Positions 1 through 9,845 are shown, counted from the first letter of the stretch. The stretch is 64,000 nucleotides of DNA from Candidatus Collierbacteria bacterium GW2011_GWA2_42_17 (GCA_000998275.1 LCDA01000001.1:116352-180351), one strand, 5' to 3'. Notes: generated from the letters alone by a model not told the origin. Program-made: numbers and translations.

Positions 1-793
1 TGCTACTTTGGGAAGTCAGACTTTTACGGGACTAAATAGCTTAAGAATTGAACCTCCAATCGTCATAACTCTTTCGGGAAGTAAAACCGCCTTTAAAAAC
101 GAAACTGCAAACGTGGCGGGAACTTACACACTAACGTCTGAAATGAGTTCCGTGTCTAAGAGTCAAATATACGTTTATTCAATTTCGCTGACAAATACAA
201 GTACAGTTAATGCCACCGGTGTAGTGATCAAAGACTCACTAAAGGACATACCGGTTACGTTCATGGATGCCAGTGCCGGATGTACTTGGAGTGCAACAGA
301 TACGGAGCTAACGTGTAATACCACGATTAGCCCTGCCGAAACAAAGAAGTTTAATTTTAGAGTAAAAGCTAGCGAGGGGATAGCAAATGGCACAGTAATT
401 ACTAATACCGGAAAGGTTACCTTCCCCAATGGGTCGATGGACTTAGTTAAAGACTTAACCGTGAGTACGGTAGTTGGATGTAACAATACTTGTACTACAA
501 ACGCCGAGTGTGCAACCGGACTAACCTGTGACACCACAACGAGTAAATGCCGAACCGCTGCCTGTTTAACCGAAGATACCTGTACCTGTGCAGTTGCAGC
601 TCAAACTGTCGTAGTCACTTCTGCACCGACGATATCCGCACCAACGCCGACACAGACAGTGATTGCGGTAGTAACAACAGCAACACCAACGCCGACAGTC
701 CTTCCGGAAGCGGGTATTTTTGACCTTCCAGGAATTGCGGCCTTTGGCGGAGGACTACTGCTAGCGGTTGTAGGAATTCTGTTAGCCTTGTAA
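1..793 (+). CDS. Cell-surface protein, 5'-partial. Carries a Cys-rich module, a Thr/Pro-rich linker, and a C-terminal LPEAG motif followed by a hydrophobic helix, resembling a sortase-type sorting signal.
   Basis: The ORF is open to the window edge. The Cys-rich stretch is CNNTCTTNAECATGLTCDTTTSKCRTAACLTEDTCTC. The Thr/Pro linker (APTISAPTPTQT...TPTPTV) is followed by LPEAG plus a Gly/Leu/Ala-rich hydrophobic tail ending the protein. Confidence 0.5.
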   Translation, partial: ATLGSQTFTGLNSLRIEPPIVITLSGSKTAFKNETANVAGTYTLTSEMSSVSKSQIYVYSISLTNTSTVNATGVVIKDSLKDIPVTFMDASAGCTWSATDTELTCNTTISPAETKKFNFRVKASEGIANGTVITNTGKVTFPNGSMDLVKDLTVSTVVGCNNTCTTNAECATGLTCDTTTSKCRTAACLTEDTCTCAVAAQTVVVTSAPTISAPTPTQTVIAVVTTATPTPTVLPEAGIFDLPGIAAFGGGLLLAVVGILLAL

Positions 794-795
794 AT

Positions 796-2052
796 ATGAA
801 GATTGCCGTAATTGGGGGCGGTTTTACCGGACTTGCCTGTGCCCTGGCTCTTGTTGAAAAAGGAGTTGATGTGGTTTTGTATGAAGAAGCGAGCACCTTG
901 GGTGGATTAGCCGGAGGAGTACGTAAAAATAACTGGAAATGGAGCTTGGAGTATTTTTACCATCATATTTTTACAAACGATAGAGAGATTCTAGGGTTGG
1001 CCAAGGATGTGGAAGCGGAGACATTGATTAAAAACCCGGTAACGACGAGTTTCCTTAACAAAAAGGAGGTTCAACTTGATTCTCCCCTTTCTGTTTTAAA
1101 GTTTTCAGGTTTGAGTGTTTTTGGTAGATTAAGAATGGGTGTGGGTTTGGCAATTTTGAAGTTAATTCCAAACGGTTTGTTTCTTGAAAAATACAGAGTG
1201 GTGGATCTACTACCCCGATTAATTGGCAAGGAAGGGTATCGAGTTATTTGGGAGAAACTTCTGAAGGCAAAGTTTGGACCGTTTGCCTCTACCGTAAACA
1301 TGTCTTGGTTTTGGACTAGAGTCGCTAAAAGAACCAAAAATTTGGGATACTTTGAAGGAGGGTTCCAAAAATTGGTAGAAAAAACCGGTGAAAAAATCAT
1401 CAAGCTAGGCGGAGAAATCATACTAGAAAGGAAGATTAAAAGAGTTGAAAAAAAAGAGAGTGGTAAGTGGCTTGTTGACGATACCGATTTCGATGGAGTG
1501 GTCATGACAGTGCCCGCACCAGTGATGGAAAAAATATTGGATGTGGAAATGGATCCTTTTCCAAAGATTTCGTACCTATGGGGACAGACTGTGATGTTGG
1601 AAATAAACCAGAGGTTAATAAACGGCTATTGGATGAATGTTTTGGAAAAGAACTGGCCATTTTTGGTAGTGGTGGAACACACCAATATGATTGATAAAAA
1701 ATATTATGGAAACAACAGAGTTTTGTACCTAGGAAATTACTTGCCGGAAGACAGTAAACAACTAAAAATGTCTAAGGAGGATTTGATTACTATGTACCTT
1801 CCTTATTTGCGAAAAGTGAACCGACTTTTTAGAAAAAAATGGATTAAGAGTGTGGCCGTTTTCCGCAAACCTTTTGCTCAACCGGTTTTTCCGGTGAATT
1901 ATTCAAAAGAGTTACCAAAGATAAAGACTAAATACAAGGGGCTATATTTGGCTAACATGAGTATGGTTTATCCGTTTGATCGAGGAACAAACTATGCCGT
2001 GAAGATGGGAAATGACGTCGCCAAACAAATACTAAGCGACTTAAAACAGTAG
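796..2052 (+). CDS. FAD/NAD(P)-binding oxidoreductase with a UDP-galactopyranose mutase-like N-terminal region.
   Basis: The N-terminal dinucleotide-binding motif is IAVIGGGFTGLACA, followed by LGGLAGG. The segment YHHIFTND resembles the conserved HIFHTND region of Glf/UGM. Length is 418 aa. Confidence 0.45.
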   Translation: MKIAVIGGGFTGLACALALVEKGVDVVLYEEASTLGGLAGGVRKNNWKWSLEYFYHHIFTNDREILGLAKDVEAETLIKNPVTTSFLNKKEVQLDSPLSVLKFSGLSVFGRLRMGVGLAILKLIPNGLFLEKYRVVDLLPRLIGKEGYRVIWEKLLKAKFGPFASTVNMSWFWTRVAKRTKNLGYFEGGFQKLVEKTGEKIIKLGGEIILERKIKRVEKKESGKWLVDDTDFDGVVMTVPAPVMEKILDVEMDPFPKISYLWGQTVMLEINQRLINGYWMNVLEKNWPFLVVVEHTNMIDKKYYGNNRVLYLGNYLPEDSKQLKMSKEDLITMYLPYLRKVNRLFRKKWIKSVAVFRKPFAQPVFPVNYSKELPKIKTKYKGLYLANMSMVYPFDRGTNYAVKMGNDVAKQILSDLKQ

Positions 2053-2053
2053 T

Positions 2054-4009
2054 ATGTGGAGCGTCGATCTGACAACAATCCTCAAAACCTACATCATCAG
2101 CCTTGGCTTACAGTTTTTGATCTGGCCTTTAATCAAAAAGTATTTTTCTAAACTACCGGATCAGGGTTGGGCTTTGGGTAGAGTACTTATCACCCTGATG
2201 GCAGCTCTTTTGATTTGGCAGTTGAGTTACCTGGGAATTGCGGAAAATAATAACGGGAAACTATTCGCAATTTTAGCTTTATTTGGTCTTTTAAGCCTGT
2301 GGCAGATTATTACTCATGGGGTAAAGGCATTCACTGTGGCAAAAACGACGGCTAAAATAATCGCCATTGAAGAGTATCTTTTTTTGGTCGGGTTTGGGGT
2401 GATGGCTTTGATTCGAGCACATGCACCGAGTTTGGATAGCCTGGAAAAATTTATGGATTTTGGTTTTCTGAAGCAGTATTTATTGTCACCTACCTTACCG
2501 GCTCCGGATATGTGGCAGGCTGGACAGACAATTAATTACTACTCTTTTGGACATTTTTGGGCAAGTATTTGGTTAAGAATTTGGGGAGTAGCACCGGCGG
2601 TGGGTTACAACTTGATGTTAGCCTTTATCTTTGGTACTTCGATGAGTTTGGTATTTTTAGTATGTGTAACACTCGCGGGAAACAAAAGTTCTAAAGCGGC
2701 GACATTCGGGGGAATAATTGGTGCCTTGGGAGTGATGGTGGCCGGAAACAGTCATGTAATCTGGTATCTAATTAAGAACAGGAGCCTTGATAATTATTGG
2801 TATGCTGAAGCCACTAGATTCATCCACAATACCATTCATGAGTTTCCCAGTTATAGTTTTGTGGTTTCCGATTTGCATGGTCATGTACTAGATTTACCGA
2901 TTATTCTGACTTTTTTAGTAGTACTGTTTTCCTGGGTTGAAAATAAAAAAAGGGTTTATGAGATAGCGATAGGAGTATTGTTTGGAGTGATGATGATGAC
3001 CAACACCTGGGATGTGGCGGTTTATGGTTTGGTACTTTTGGTTTTGGGGGTACAGATGGTCGTAGCGGACATCGGGGAATTAAAAAAACTTTTGAAAACG
3101 GTGGGGGTAATGTTTGTGTCGTTTTTGTTGGTGGCTTTACCCTGGTGGTTGTCGTTTAGTTCGATTTCAAGTGGGGTGGAGGTAGTAACAGAAAGATCTC
3201 CTTTTTGGCAGTTATTGGTACTGTGGAGCGGAGGACTGGTTATTAATATTCTAGCGGTGATTATTGAAGGAAGAGGTGAGAAAAAAATAGTTATTCGAAC
3301 ACTGGCTCTAAGCGCCGTATTTCTGATTGCAATTCCGGAGTTTGTTTTTGCTCGAGACATTTACCCAAATCATCCAAGGGCAAATACCATGTTTAAACTA
3401 ACTTATCAGGCTTTTATTCTGATGGGGATTTTGTTGGGGGTCACTTTTGGAAGTTTATTAGATAGGGGTAGAAAAATTGTTCTGGGCTTGAGGGTCGTGG
3501 CAATATTTATTATTTTCTTTATCTTTGTGGGGACGATGAACTTCTCGTTTATAGCTTTCACCACTTACTATGGTGGTTTTTCAAATTATTATGGTTTGGA
3601 TGGTGAAAAATGGATGCAAACCAAAGTCCCGGAAAATTATGGAGCAGTGAAATACTTGAGGAAAAATATGAACGGAAAAAATATGGTTGAAGCAGTTGGT
3701 GATAGCTATACCCTATTTAATGTAGTGTCGGTATTTTCCGGAGTGCCGACGATTCAGGGTTGGCGGGTACACGAATGGTTATGGAGAGGTGGTTATAGCA
3801 TGGTGGCTTCCCGAGAAGCCGAGGTGAGAGAAATATATCAAGGAGTGAGTATTGAAAAAACAAAAGAAATACTTGATAAATACAACATTGGCTGGATATT
3901 GGTAGGTCTCGACGAAAAAATAACCTACAAGATTAATGAAGAAAAAATATGGCAACTGGGGGAGATGGTTTGGGAAGAAGGTGATACTTACTTAATTAAA
4001 GTCGAATAG
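2054..4009 (+). CDS. Large polytopic integral membrane protein with more than 10 predicted transmembrane helices and a C-terminal soluble domain. It may be a GT-C-like glycosyltransferase or a polymer-handling protein.
   Basis: Hydrophobic helices run along the first ~480 aa and the last ~170 aa are hydrophilic. The gene is translationally coupled to the upstream flavoenzyme, with the stop and start 1 nt apart. Confidence 0.35.
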   Translation: MWSVDLTTILKTYIISLGLQFLIWPLIKKYFSKLPDQGWALGRVLITLMAALLIWQLSYLGIAENNNGKLFAILALFGLLSLWQIITHGVKAFTVAKTTAKIIAIEEYLFLVGFGVMALIRAHAPSLDSLEKFMDFGFLKQYLLSPTLPAPDMWQAGQTINYYSFGHFWASIWLRIWGVAPAVGYNLMLAFIFGTSMSLVFLVCVTLAGNKSSKAATFGGIIGALGVMVAGNSHVIWYLIKNRSLDNYWYAEATRFIHNTIHEFPSYSFVVSDLHGHVLDLPIILTFLVVLFSWVENKKRVYEIAIGVLFGVMMMTNTWDVAVYGLVLLVLGVQMVVADIGELKKLLKTVGVMFVSFLLVALPWWLSFSSISSGVEVVTERSPFWQLLVLWSGGLVINILAVIIEGRGEKKIVIRTLALSAVFLIAIPEFVFARDIYPNHPRANTMFKLTYQAFILMGILLGVTFGSLLDRGRKIVLGLRVVAIFIIFFIFVGTMNFSFIAFTTYYGGFSNYYGLDGEKWMQTKVPENYGAVKYLRKNMNGKNMVEAVGDSYTLFNVVSVFSGVPTIQGWRVHEWLWRGGYSMVASREAEVREIYQGVSIEKTKEILDKYNIGWILVGLDEKITYKINEEKIWQLGEMVWEEGDTYLIKVE

Positions 4010-5080
4010 CTATTGCTTGCCCTTGAGAAGATTGTCCAGATATTTTTTTAGAGCAGACCAGTTGTTATCTTTGGGAATGAGGACCCACTCACCCTTGAAC
4101 TGATTAACGGGCGGATTATATAGAATGGTGATGCCGTTTTCATCCGGCTGGTCGGAAAAAGTAACCGATTTCACCGGATTATTTCTAGTATCGAGAGCAA
4201 TTTTAGCCAAAGTTGGATAAAGCTCACTACCCAGATTGGTGATGAGATTACGATTGAGAATCTCGAAGAAGACATCAAGCTTGTTTTTGTCCAGGAGAAA
4301 GGCAGGGGTGAGTATTTTTTGACGAAGGGCGGAGATGACTGACTGTTGACGACGAGAACGGGCAAAATCGGTGCCTTCGTCCCCTGTCGAGTGACGGGAG
4401 CGGACAAATTTGAGGGCCATTTCGCCATTTAGATGAGCCGAGCCGGTGGCAAAAGTTATGGTTTCATATCTATCAGAGATAGGTATCGCATTTTCCTTGC
4501 CGAGAATAGGAAATTCAGTGTCGGAGAACCCTGGATTAATATCAACGTCAATGCCACCAAGGAGATCAATCGTTTCCTTAAAAATGGTGAAGTTTATTAT
4601 GGCGGTGTAATGAATCGGGATACCTAGATCTTCGAGAATAGCAGCTTCGGACATTTGAATTCCGGCAGGGGGGTCCTTTTGTTCACCGTAGTAATAGGCG
4701 GTGTTTATTTTTGCTTGAAGTGAGGGTACCCAAAGATCGCGAGGGACACTAATCATGGTTGGAGTTTTGGTTTCATGATTGTAGGAAATGACGATGATAG
4801 TGTCGGCAAGATTTGGTGAGTCAGTGCCTTCACCCCTAATGCCGAGAATTAAAAAATTAGTAATTCCATTGGTATTGTCGAGATTTTCTACCGGTGTTCC
4901 AAAAAAACTTAAAAGGTCTTGGGGGTTAAGGTGAAATCTTGAGAGAAGGCTTAGCCCTTGTGCGCCTAAAAATCCCAGTCCGACAATAAAGAGAGAGGTA
5001 AAAATAATTACGAGATGACGTCTGACAAAGGAAACGAAGCGAATGAGAACTCTGGCAGGTCTGATGTGGGCTAATTTCAT
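4010..5080 (-). CDS. LytR-CpsA-Psr (LCP) family cell-wall glycopolymer phosphotransferase.
   Basis: It has an N-terminal transmembrane anchor followed by the LCP core, with NFLILGIRGEG...DTIIVISYNHETKTPTMISVPRDLWV matching the conserved LLGSD...DT...L....SIPRD signature. Confidence 0.75.
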   Translation of the reverse strand: MKLAHIRPARVLIRFVSFVRRHLVIIFTSLFIVGLGFLGAQGLSLLSRFHLNPQDLLSFFGTPVENLDNTNGITNFLILGIRGEGTDSPNLADTIIVISYNHETKTPTMISVPRDLWVPSLQAKINTAYYYGEQKDPPAGIQMSEAAILEDLGIPIHYTAIINFTIFKETIDLLGGIDVDINPGFSDTEFPILGKENAIPISDRYETITFATGSAHLNGEMALKFVRSRHSTGDEGTDFARSRRQQSVISALRQKILTPAFLLDKNKLDVFFEILNRNLITNLGSELYPTLAKIALDTRNNPVKSVTFSDQPDENGITILYNPPVNQFKGEWVLIPKDNNWSALKKYLDNLLKGKQ

Positions 5081-5773
5081 TTAGATAAGACTGTTGATGA
5101 TTCCGGCAAAAAGAGTTGGCTCAAGGCTATCGGTACCAACCAGGACTCCGTCGATGCGACTTTGATCTACAAAAGATTTGACGTTGTCGGCGGTGACCGA
5201 ACCACCATAGAGAACTGGGGCGACATTGTCCAGTAGAAAACCAATCTGGTTGGTGGTGTGGTTGGCTTCGACTGGATCCAGGGGGTGGCCAGTACCAATA
5301 GCGGCGATTGGTTCATAGACAAAGAAACAACGGGAAACGTCGATGTTGTTCTGAAAAAGTTCTTTTATTTGTTCATCCAGGTATGGTAGATCAAGACAAA
5401 CTATGGGAGTGATGGAGTTTTCCAGAAGAAGCTTGGCTTTTTCGGCTACCATCTGGCTTGTCTCGTTAAAATCACGGCGACGCTCCGAGTGTCCAACGAT
5501 ACAGTAGCTGACAAGTTCTCCAAGCATGTTGGCGGTAATTTCGCCGGTATGTTTTCCGGGAGCAAGATGGGAAACGTCTTGGGCACCGGTGATAATAGGG
5601 ATATTAAGATCGGCAATTTTATGATTAAAAGCGGCGATGTCGGTGAAGGGAAGGCAAAGAATAATGGCGATATCGGCAGGAAATTTTGGCTTAAGGGCAT
5701 GAATCCCATCAATCCAAATTAAGGACTCGGTGAGATTCTGATTACTTTTCCAGTTGCCAATAACGTACTTCAT
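5081..5773 (-). CDS. tpiA: Triosephosphate isomerase.
   Basis: The sequence MKYVIGNWKSN matches the GNWKMN motif, and VGHSERR and other catalytic-loop motifs are present. The likely ATG is at 5771-5773; the ORF track extends to an upstream alternative start at 5785. Confidence 0.85.
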   Translation of the reverse strand: MKYVIGNWKSNQNLTESLIWIDGIHALKPKFPADIAIILCLPFTDIAAFNHKIADLNIPIITGAQDVSHLAPGKHTGEITANMLGELVSYCIVGHSERRRDFNETSQMVAEKAKLLLENSITPIVCLDLPYLDEQIKELFQNNIDVSRCFFVYEPIAAIGTGHPLDPVEANHTTNQIGFLLDNVAPVLYGGSVTADNVKSFVDQSRIDGVLVGTDSLEPTLFAGIINSLI

Positions 5774-5818
5774 GGTTTGAGTCAATTATATGCTAACTTT
5801 CTACTACAATATATTGGC

Positions 5819-7735
5819 ATGGATGATTTTTTAAAAGGACTAAACGAAGAACAAAGGGAGGCGGTGACTTATGGAAAAGGGCCGCTTTTGATTTTGGCGG
5901 GTGCTGGTTCTGGAAAAACGAGGGTGTTGACGTACAGAACAACGTATCTAATCAAAAAAATGGGAATTGGTCCGGAAAAAGTTGCCTTACTGACTTTTAC
6001 AAATAAAGCGGCTGAAGAGATGAGACAAAGGGTAAAAAATTTGGGTGGAGAAGCTGGGTCATTGGGTTTTGCGGGGACATTTCACACTTTTTGTGCCAAA
6101 TTATTGCGAGAATATGGTCAAAATGTGGCGGTAATGCCAAATTACGTCATCTTTGATAGCGACGACTCCGAAGCGGTGATGAAAAAAGTGCTTAAGGAGA
6201 TGGGTATTGATCCAAAGGAATCAAAACCCGGAATGTTTTTGGCTGTGATTAGTAGAATGAAGAATGATTTGGTGAGTGTGACCGAAGCAGAAACTAAAGC
6301 GAGTGATTATTTTCGCCGATTAGTGGTGAAGATATGGAAAGCCTATCAGGACAAACTGAAGAAAAATAATGCGGTAGATTTTGATGATCTAGTGGTTAAG
6401 GCTGTAGAACTTTTGAAAATCAACCGGATCAGAGAAGAGATAAATGAAAAACTGGAATGGATTTTGGTAGATGAGTATCAAGACACCAACAGAGCACAGT
6501 TTGAGATAACCAGACTACTGGCGGGAAAAAAACAAAATATTACGGCTGTGGGGGACGCTGCCCAGGCGATTTATTCTTTCCGCGGAGCTGATTACCGAAA
6601 CCTGGTTTTGTTTAAGACAGAGTATCCAAAGGCAGCAATGGTAAATCTACCGATGAACTATCGAAGTACTCAAAATATTCTGGATACCGCCTATGGGGTG
6701 ATCAGTCATAACACTACGCACCCCACTTTACATTTGGAAACAGTAGAGGGATCGGGTGAGATGGTGAATTTTTTTGAGGCGGGAGACGAACGGGATGAGG
6801 CAAAATATATCGTAGAACAAGGGCGAAAAACAGCGGAAGAAGATGGCGCCGTAGCAATACTTTACCGAACAAATGCTCAGTCACGTGCCTTTGAGGACGA
6901 GTTGATGCGACGAGATATTCCCTACAAACTAGTGGGGGGTTTACGATTTTATAACCGAGCCGAAATTAAAGATCTAGTTGCCTATTTACGGGTACTGAAT
7001 AATCCGAAAGAAGAAATTAGTCGGATAAGAATTGAAAAACTAGGGAAAAGAAGAGCCGAGGTTTTTGATAAATGGCTTGAGCAAAAAACAGATGATGAGA
7101 AACAAGAAAATCCGGGAAGGCTCTTGGAGGAGATTATTAATGTCGTTGGTTTCTTGGAAAGATTTGACGAACGGGATGAGGACGATGCGGCACGAATTGA
7201 AAACATCAATGAACTCTTGGCCGTGGCGTCGGACTACAAAAGTGTGGAGAAATTTTTGGAGAGTGCGGCCTTGTCTGAGTCGGAGATTAAACAACATAAA
7301 TCAAACGCGAAAATTACGCTGATGACAGTGCATGCCGCTAAGGGACTGGAGTTTGAAAACGTGTTTGTGGTGGGACTAGAAGAAGGATTATTCCCCCATT
7401 CACGATCGATGCTTTCCGGAGAGAAAGAGGAAATTGAAGAGGAGCGACGTCTTATTTATGTAGCGATGACACGAGCAAAAAGAAGGCTAACTTTATCTTG
7501 GGCACGAAATAGACTAGTTTTTGGTGGGCGTCATTCTTCGATACCGTCAAGATTTTTGTCCGAAGTTCCGGAGCGACTGTTAAAAAAGGTGGGTGGGGTG
7601 CAGGAAGTCGAGAGAAAAATGTCTAAACCTTTAGCAGAGATTGATGAGTTTGGAGAGAAGAAAAGAATTATTGTCCAAGACTGGGAGATAGCAGAGGCAA
7701 CCAAAGATGATTTTGCCGAGATTGATAATTGGTAG
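5819..7735 (+). CDS. pcrA: UvrD/PcrA-family ATP-dependent DNA helicase.
   Basis: The N-terminus LNEEQREAV...ILAGAGSGKTRVLTYR carries the Walker A motif, DEYQDTN is motif II, and VHAAKGLEFENVF belongs to motif VI. The probable start is the ATG at 5819 (MDDFLKGLNEEQ); the ORF track begins at a TTG at 5777. Confidence 0.85.
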   Translation: MDDFLKGLNEEQREAVTYGKGPLLILAGAGSGKTRVLTYRTTYLIKKMGIGPEKVALLTFTNKAAEEMRQRVKNLGGEAGSLGFAGTFHTFCAKLLREYGQNVAVMPNYVIFDSDDSEAVMKKVLKEMGIDPKESKPGMFLAVISRMKNDLVSVTEAETKASDYFRRLVVKIWKAYQDKLKKNNAVDFDDLVVKAVELLKINRIREEINEKLEWILVDEYQDTNRAQFEITRLLAGKKQNITAVGDAAQAIYSFRGADYRNLVLFKTEYPKAAMVNLPMNYRSTQNILDTAYGVISHNTTHPTLHLETVEGSGEMVNFFEAGDERDEAKYIVEQGRKTAEEDGAVAILYRTNAQSRAFEDELMRRDIPYKLVGGLRFYNRAEIKDLVAYLRVLNNPKEEISRIRIEKLGKRRAEVFDKWLEQKTDDEKQENPGRLLEEIINVVGFLERFDERDEDDAARIENINELLAVASDYKSVEKFLESAALSESEIKQHKSNAKITLMTVHAAKGLEFENVFVVGLEEGLFPHSRSMLSGEKEEIEEERRLIYVAMTRAKRRLTLSWARNRLVFGGRHSSIPSRFLSEVPERLLKKVGGVQEVERKMSKPLAEIDEFGEKKRIIVQDWEIAEATKDDFAEIDNW

Positions 7736-7757
7736 ATTGGCAAATTGAGACAAAAAA

Positions 7758-7778
7758 GGCGGTGAGATGATCACCGCC
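7758..7778. terminator. Perfect 8-bp hairpin (GGCGGTGA-gatg-TCACCGCC) downstream of pcrA. The T-tract is on the minus-strand side only.
   Basis: An inverted repeat is seen in the sequence. It is preceded by CAAAAAA on the plus strand, which reads TTTTTTG after the hairpin on the minus strand, so the functional orientation is ambiguous. Confidence 0.35.
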
Positions 7779-7998
7779 AAGGAAAATTACTCCCGATCTA
7801 CGAAAAGATATTTCCAGAATTTCTTAAGAAAATTCCAGAATGAAAGGCAAAAGTTTCTGTTAATTATCAAGCCATTTTCCTCAAGTAGATCTTCCAGCTC
7901 AGAGTCTCTCAAGATGCCTCCTCAGGGTTTGGATTGAATTGGGCTGATTATAAAGGTTGAGGTATATTATTGTCAAAAAAACAGGATAAAATAGAGAA

Positions 7999-9015
7999 GT
8001 GATTAAAGGAATTTCCGAAATTAATAGACGAAATTTTGACAAAGCGGCAAAACATCCGTTGCAGTCGTGGGCGTGGGGTGAGTTCCGTAAAAAAACCGGT
8101 GTGGGTTTGTCTCGGTTTGGTTTTGGGAAAAAAAGTATTGAGGATGTTTTTCAAATTACTTGGCACCGTATCCCGTATACCAAGTTTTGTATTGGATATT
8201 GTCCAAAATCGACAATCCCAAATAAGGAAGAAGTAACGATGATAAAAGCCGAGGCAGAAAAAAGAGGCGCCATTTTTGTCAAGTTTGAACCAAATGAAAA
8301 AATAAATACGGAGACGGAAAAGAAAATAATTGCATTGGAAAAAGAATTTAACTTCGTAAAAGGTAAACCTCTTTTTACCAAGTATACTTTTCAACTGGAT
8401 ATTTCCAAAAGCGAGGAGGAACTTTTGAAAAATATGCACCAGAAGACGAGATATAATTTGCGTTTGGCAGAAAAAAGGGGGGTGGAAATAATTGAGGATA
8501 GCAGCGAAGTGGGTTTTGAAGATTATTGGAAACTAATGGAGGAGACTACTAAACGACAGGGTTTTTTTGCCCACGGAAAGGAGTATCACTGCAAGATGTG
8601 GCAGACGATGACCGAGTCGGGAATGGGCCACCTTTTTAAGGCAGTTTATGAAGGAAAAACACTAACAGCGTGGATGGTTTTTATATTGAATGACACAATT
8701 TATTATCCTTACGGTGCTTCGAGTAATGAGAATCGAGAAGTAATGGCGAGTAATTTGATGATGTGGGAAGTAATCCGCTATGGCAAGAAACAGGGTTGCC
8801 GTTTATTTGATATGTGGGGTAGTCTGGGACCGACACCAGATATAAAGGATCCATGGTACGGATTTCATAAGTTTAAACAGGGATATGGTGCGGAGTTGGT
8901 CGAGTTTTTGGGAAGTTTTGATTTGGTAGTTAAACCAACCTTGTATAAGCTTTATGGACTGACGGATAGGTTGCGATGGGTGGGACTAAAGTTACTGGCA
9001 GGGCTGAGAAAATAA
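7999..9015 (+). CDS. FemAB-family peptidoglycan interpeptide-bridge aminoacyltransferase, paralogue 1.
   Basis: It has a GTG start. The segment HPLQSWAWGEF resembles the FemX/FemAB N-terminal motif QSWEWGEFK, and the length and predicted GNAT-like fold fit the family. Confidence 0.65.
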   Translation: MIKGISEINRRNFDKAAKHPLQSWAWGEFRKKTGVGLSRFGFGKKSIEDVFQITWHRIPYTKFCIGYCPKSTIPNKEEVTMIKAEAEKRGAIFVKFEPNEKINTETEKKIIALEKEFNFVKGKPLFTKYTFQLDISKSEEELLKNMHQKTRYNLRLAEKRGVEIIEDSSEVGFEDYWKLMEETTKRQGFFAHGKEYHCKMWQTMTESGMGHLFKAVYEGKTLTAWMVFILNDTIYYPYGASSNENREVMASNLMMWEVIRYGKKQGCRLFDMWGSLGPTPDIKDPWYGFHKFKQGYGAELVEFLGSFDLVVKPTLYKLYGLTDRLRWVGLKLLAGLRK

Positions 9016-9836
9016 TGGAGGATATTCGCCAAAATAAAGGGTGGGAGGGACATCTAAAACATCGTGGTTGGAAAACGGTGCAAGTAAAAGCTTCGGACGG
9101 GAGACATACGATGCAGGCTTTTGTTTTACGTCTAGGTTGGTGGCCTTTTTCGATGATGAAAATCCAAAGGTCTAACTATGATCCAGATTTTGAGGAGTTG
9201 AAGAGGCTTAAAAGAAAGTATTGGGTGGCAAACTCAATTATTGAACCACAAAGAGTGCAAAATCCGGAGGCTTTTAGACGAGCAGGTTATTATTTGACTC
9301 GTTTTCCATACTTGGCGATGAGCTCGTATATCAATGATTTAACCAAAAGTGAAAAGGAATTGTGGGGTGGTCTGTCGAATAATGCCAAAAGATTAATCGA
9401 CAAAAACGCGAGAATAATTATTGAAGAGGCCGAACCAAAAAAATTTTGTGAGTTGTGGAAAAAATCGTCAAAGATTTGGATTATGAAACCTGATGAGGTT
9501 GAAAATTTGATAAAAAGTTTTAAGGGAAAGGTAAGGTTGGTGATGAGCCGAATGGGTGACGAATATCATTCCGGATTGATGATTGTTTATTCCAGAGATA
9601 CCGCTAACTATTACATGACTTGGACAAGTGAGGCCGGAAGAAAGTCCGGGGCACACTACAAACTAGTCTGGAACGAAATGCTTCGAGCAAAAAAGATGGG
9701 GCTGAAGTACTGGGATTTTGAAGGAGTATTTGACCCGCGCTGGCCACAAAAAAGGTGGAAGGGTTTCACCGAATTTAAGAGGAGGTTTGGAGGAAGATTG
9801 GTTCAATTTCCAGGAGGATTCTTTCGTTGGCTTTGA
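9015..9836 (+). CDS. FemAB-family aminoacyltransferase, paralogue 2, encoded in tandem.
   Basis: The ATG at 9015 overlaps the stop of the upstream gene in a TAATG arrangement. The C-terminal region YWDFEGVFDPRW...FKRRFGG is typical of the Fem family. Confidence 0.55.
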   Translation: MEDIRQNKGWEGHLKHRGWKTVQVKASDGRHTMQAFVLRLGWWPFSMMKIQRSNYDPDFEELKRLKRKYWVANSIIEPQRVQNPEAFRRAGYYLTRFPYLAMSSYINDLTKSEKELWGGLSNNAKRLIDKNARIIIEEAEPKKFCELWKKSSKIWIMKPDEVENLIKSFKGKVRLVMSRMGDEYHSGLMIVYSRDTANYYMTWTSEAGRKSGAHYKLVWNEMLRAKKMGLKYWDFEGVFDPRWPQKRWKGFTEFKRRFGGRLVQFPGGFFRWL

Positions 9837-9845
9837 GATTTTGGG

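Noticed and set aside
7948-8439. A 163-aa minus-strand ORF overlapping the start of the first FemAB gene. The hairpin at 7758-7778 would act as its terminator.
   Set aside because: It is antisense to a well-supported FemAB gene and has a Phe/Leu-rich low-complexity translation, so it is most likely a spurious shadow ORF. The hairpin is kept only as a terminator-like feature of uncertain orientation.
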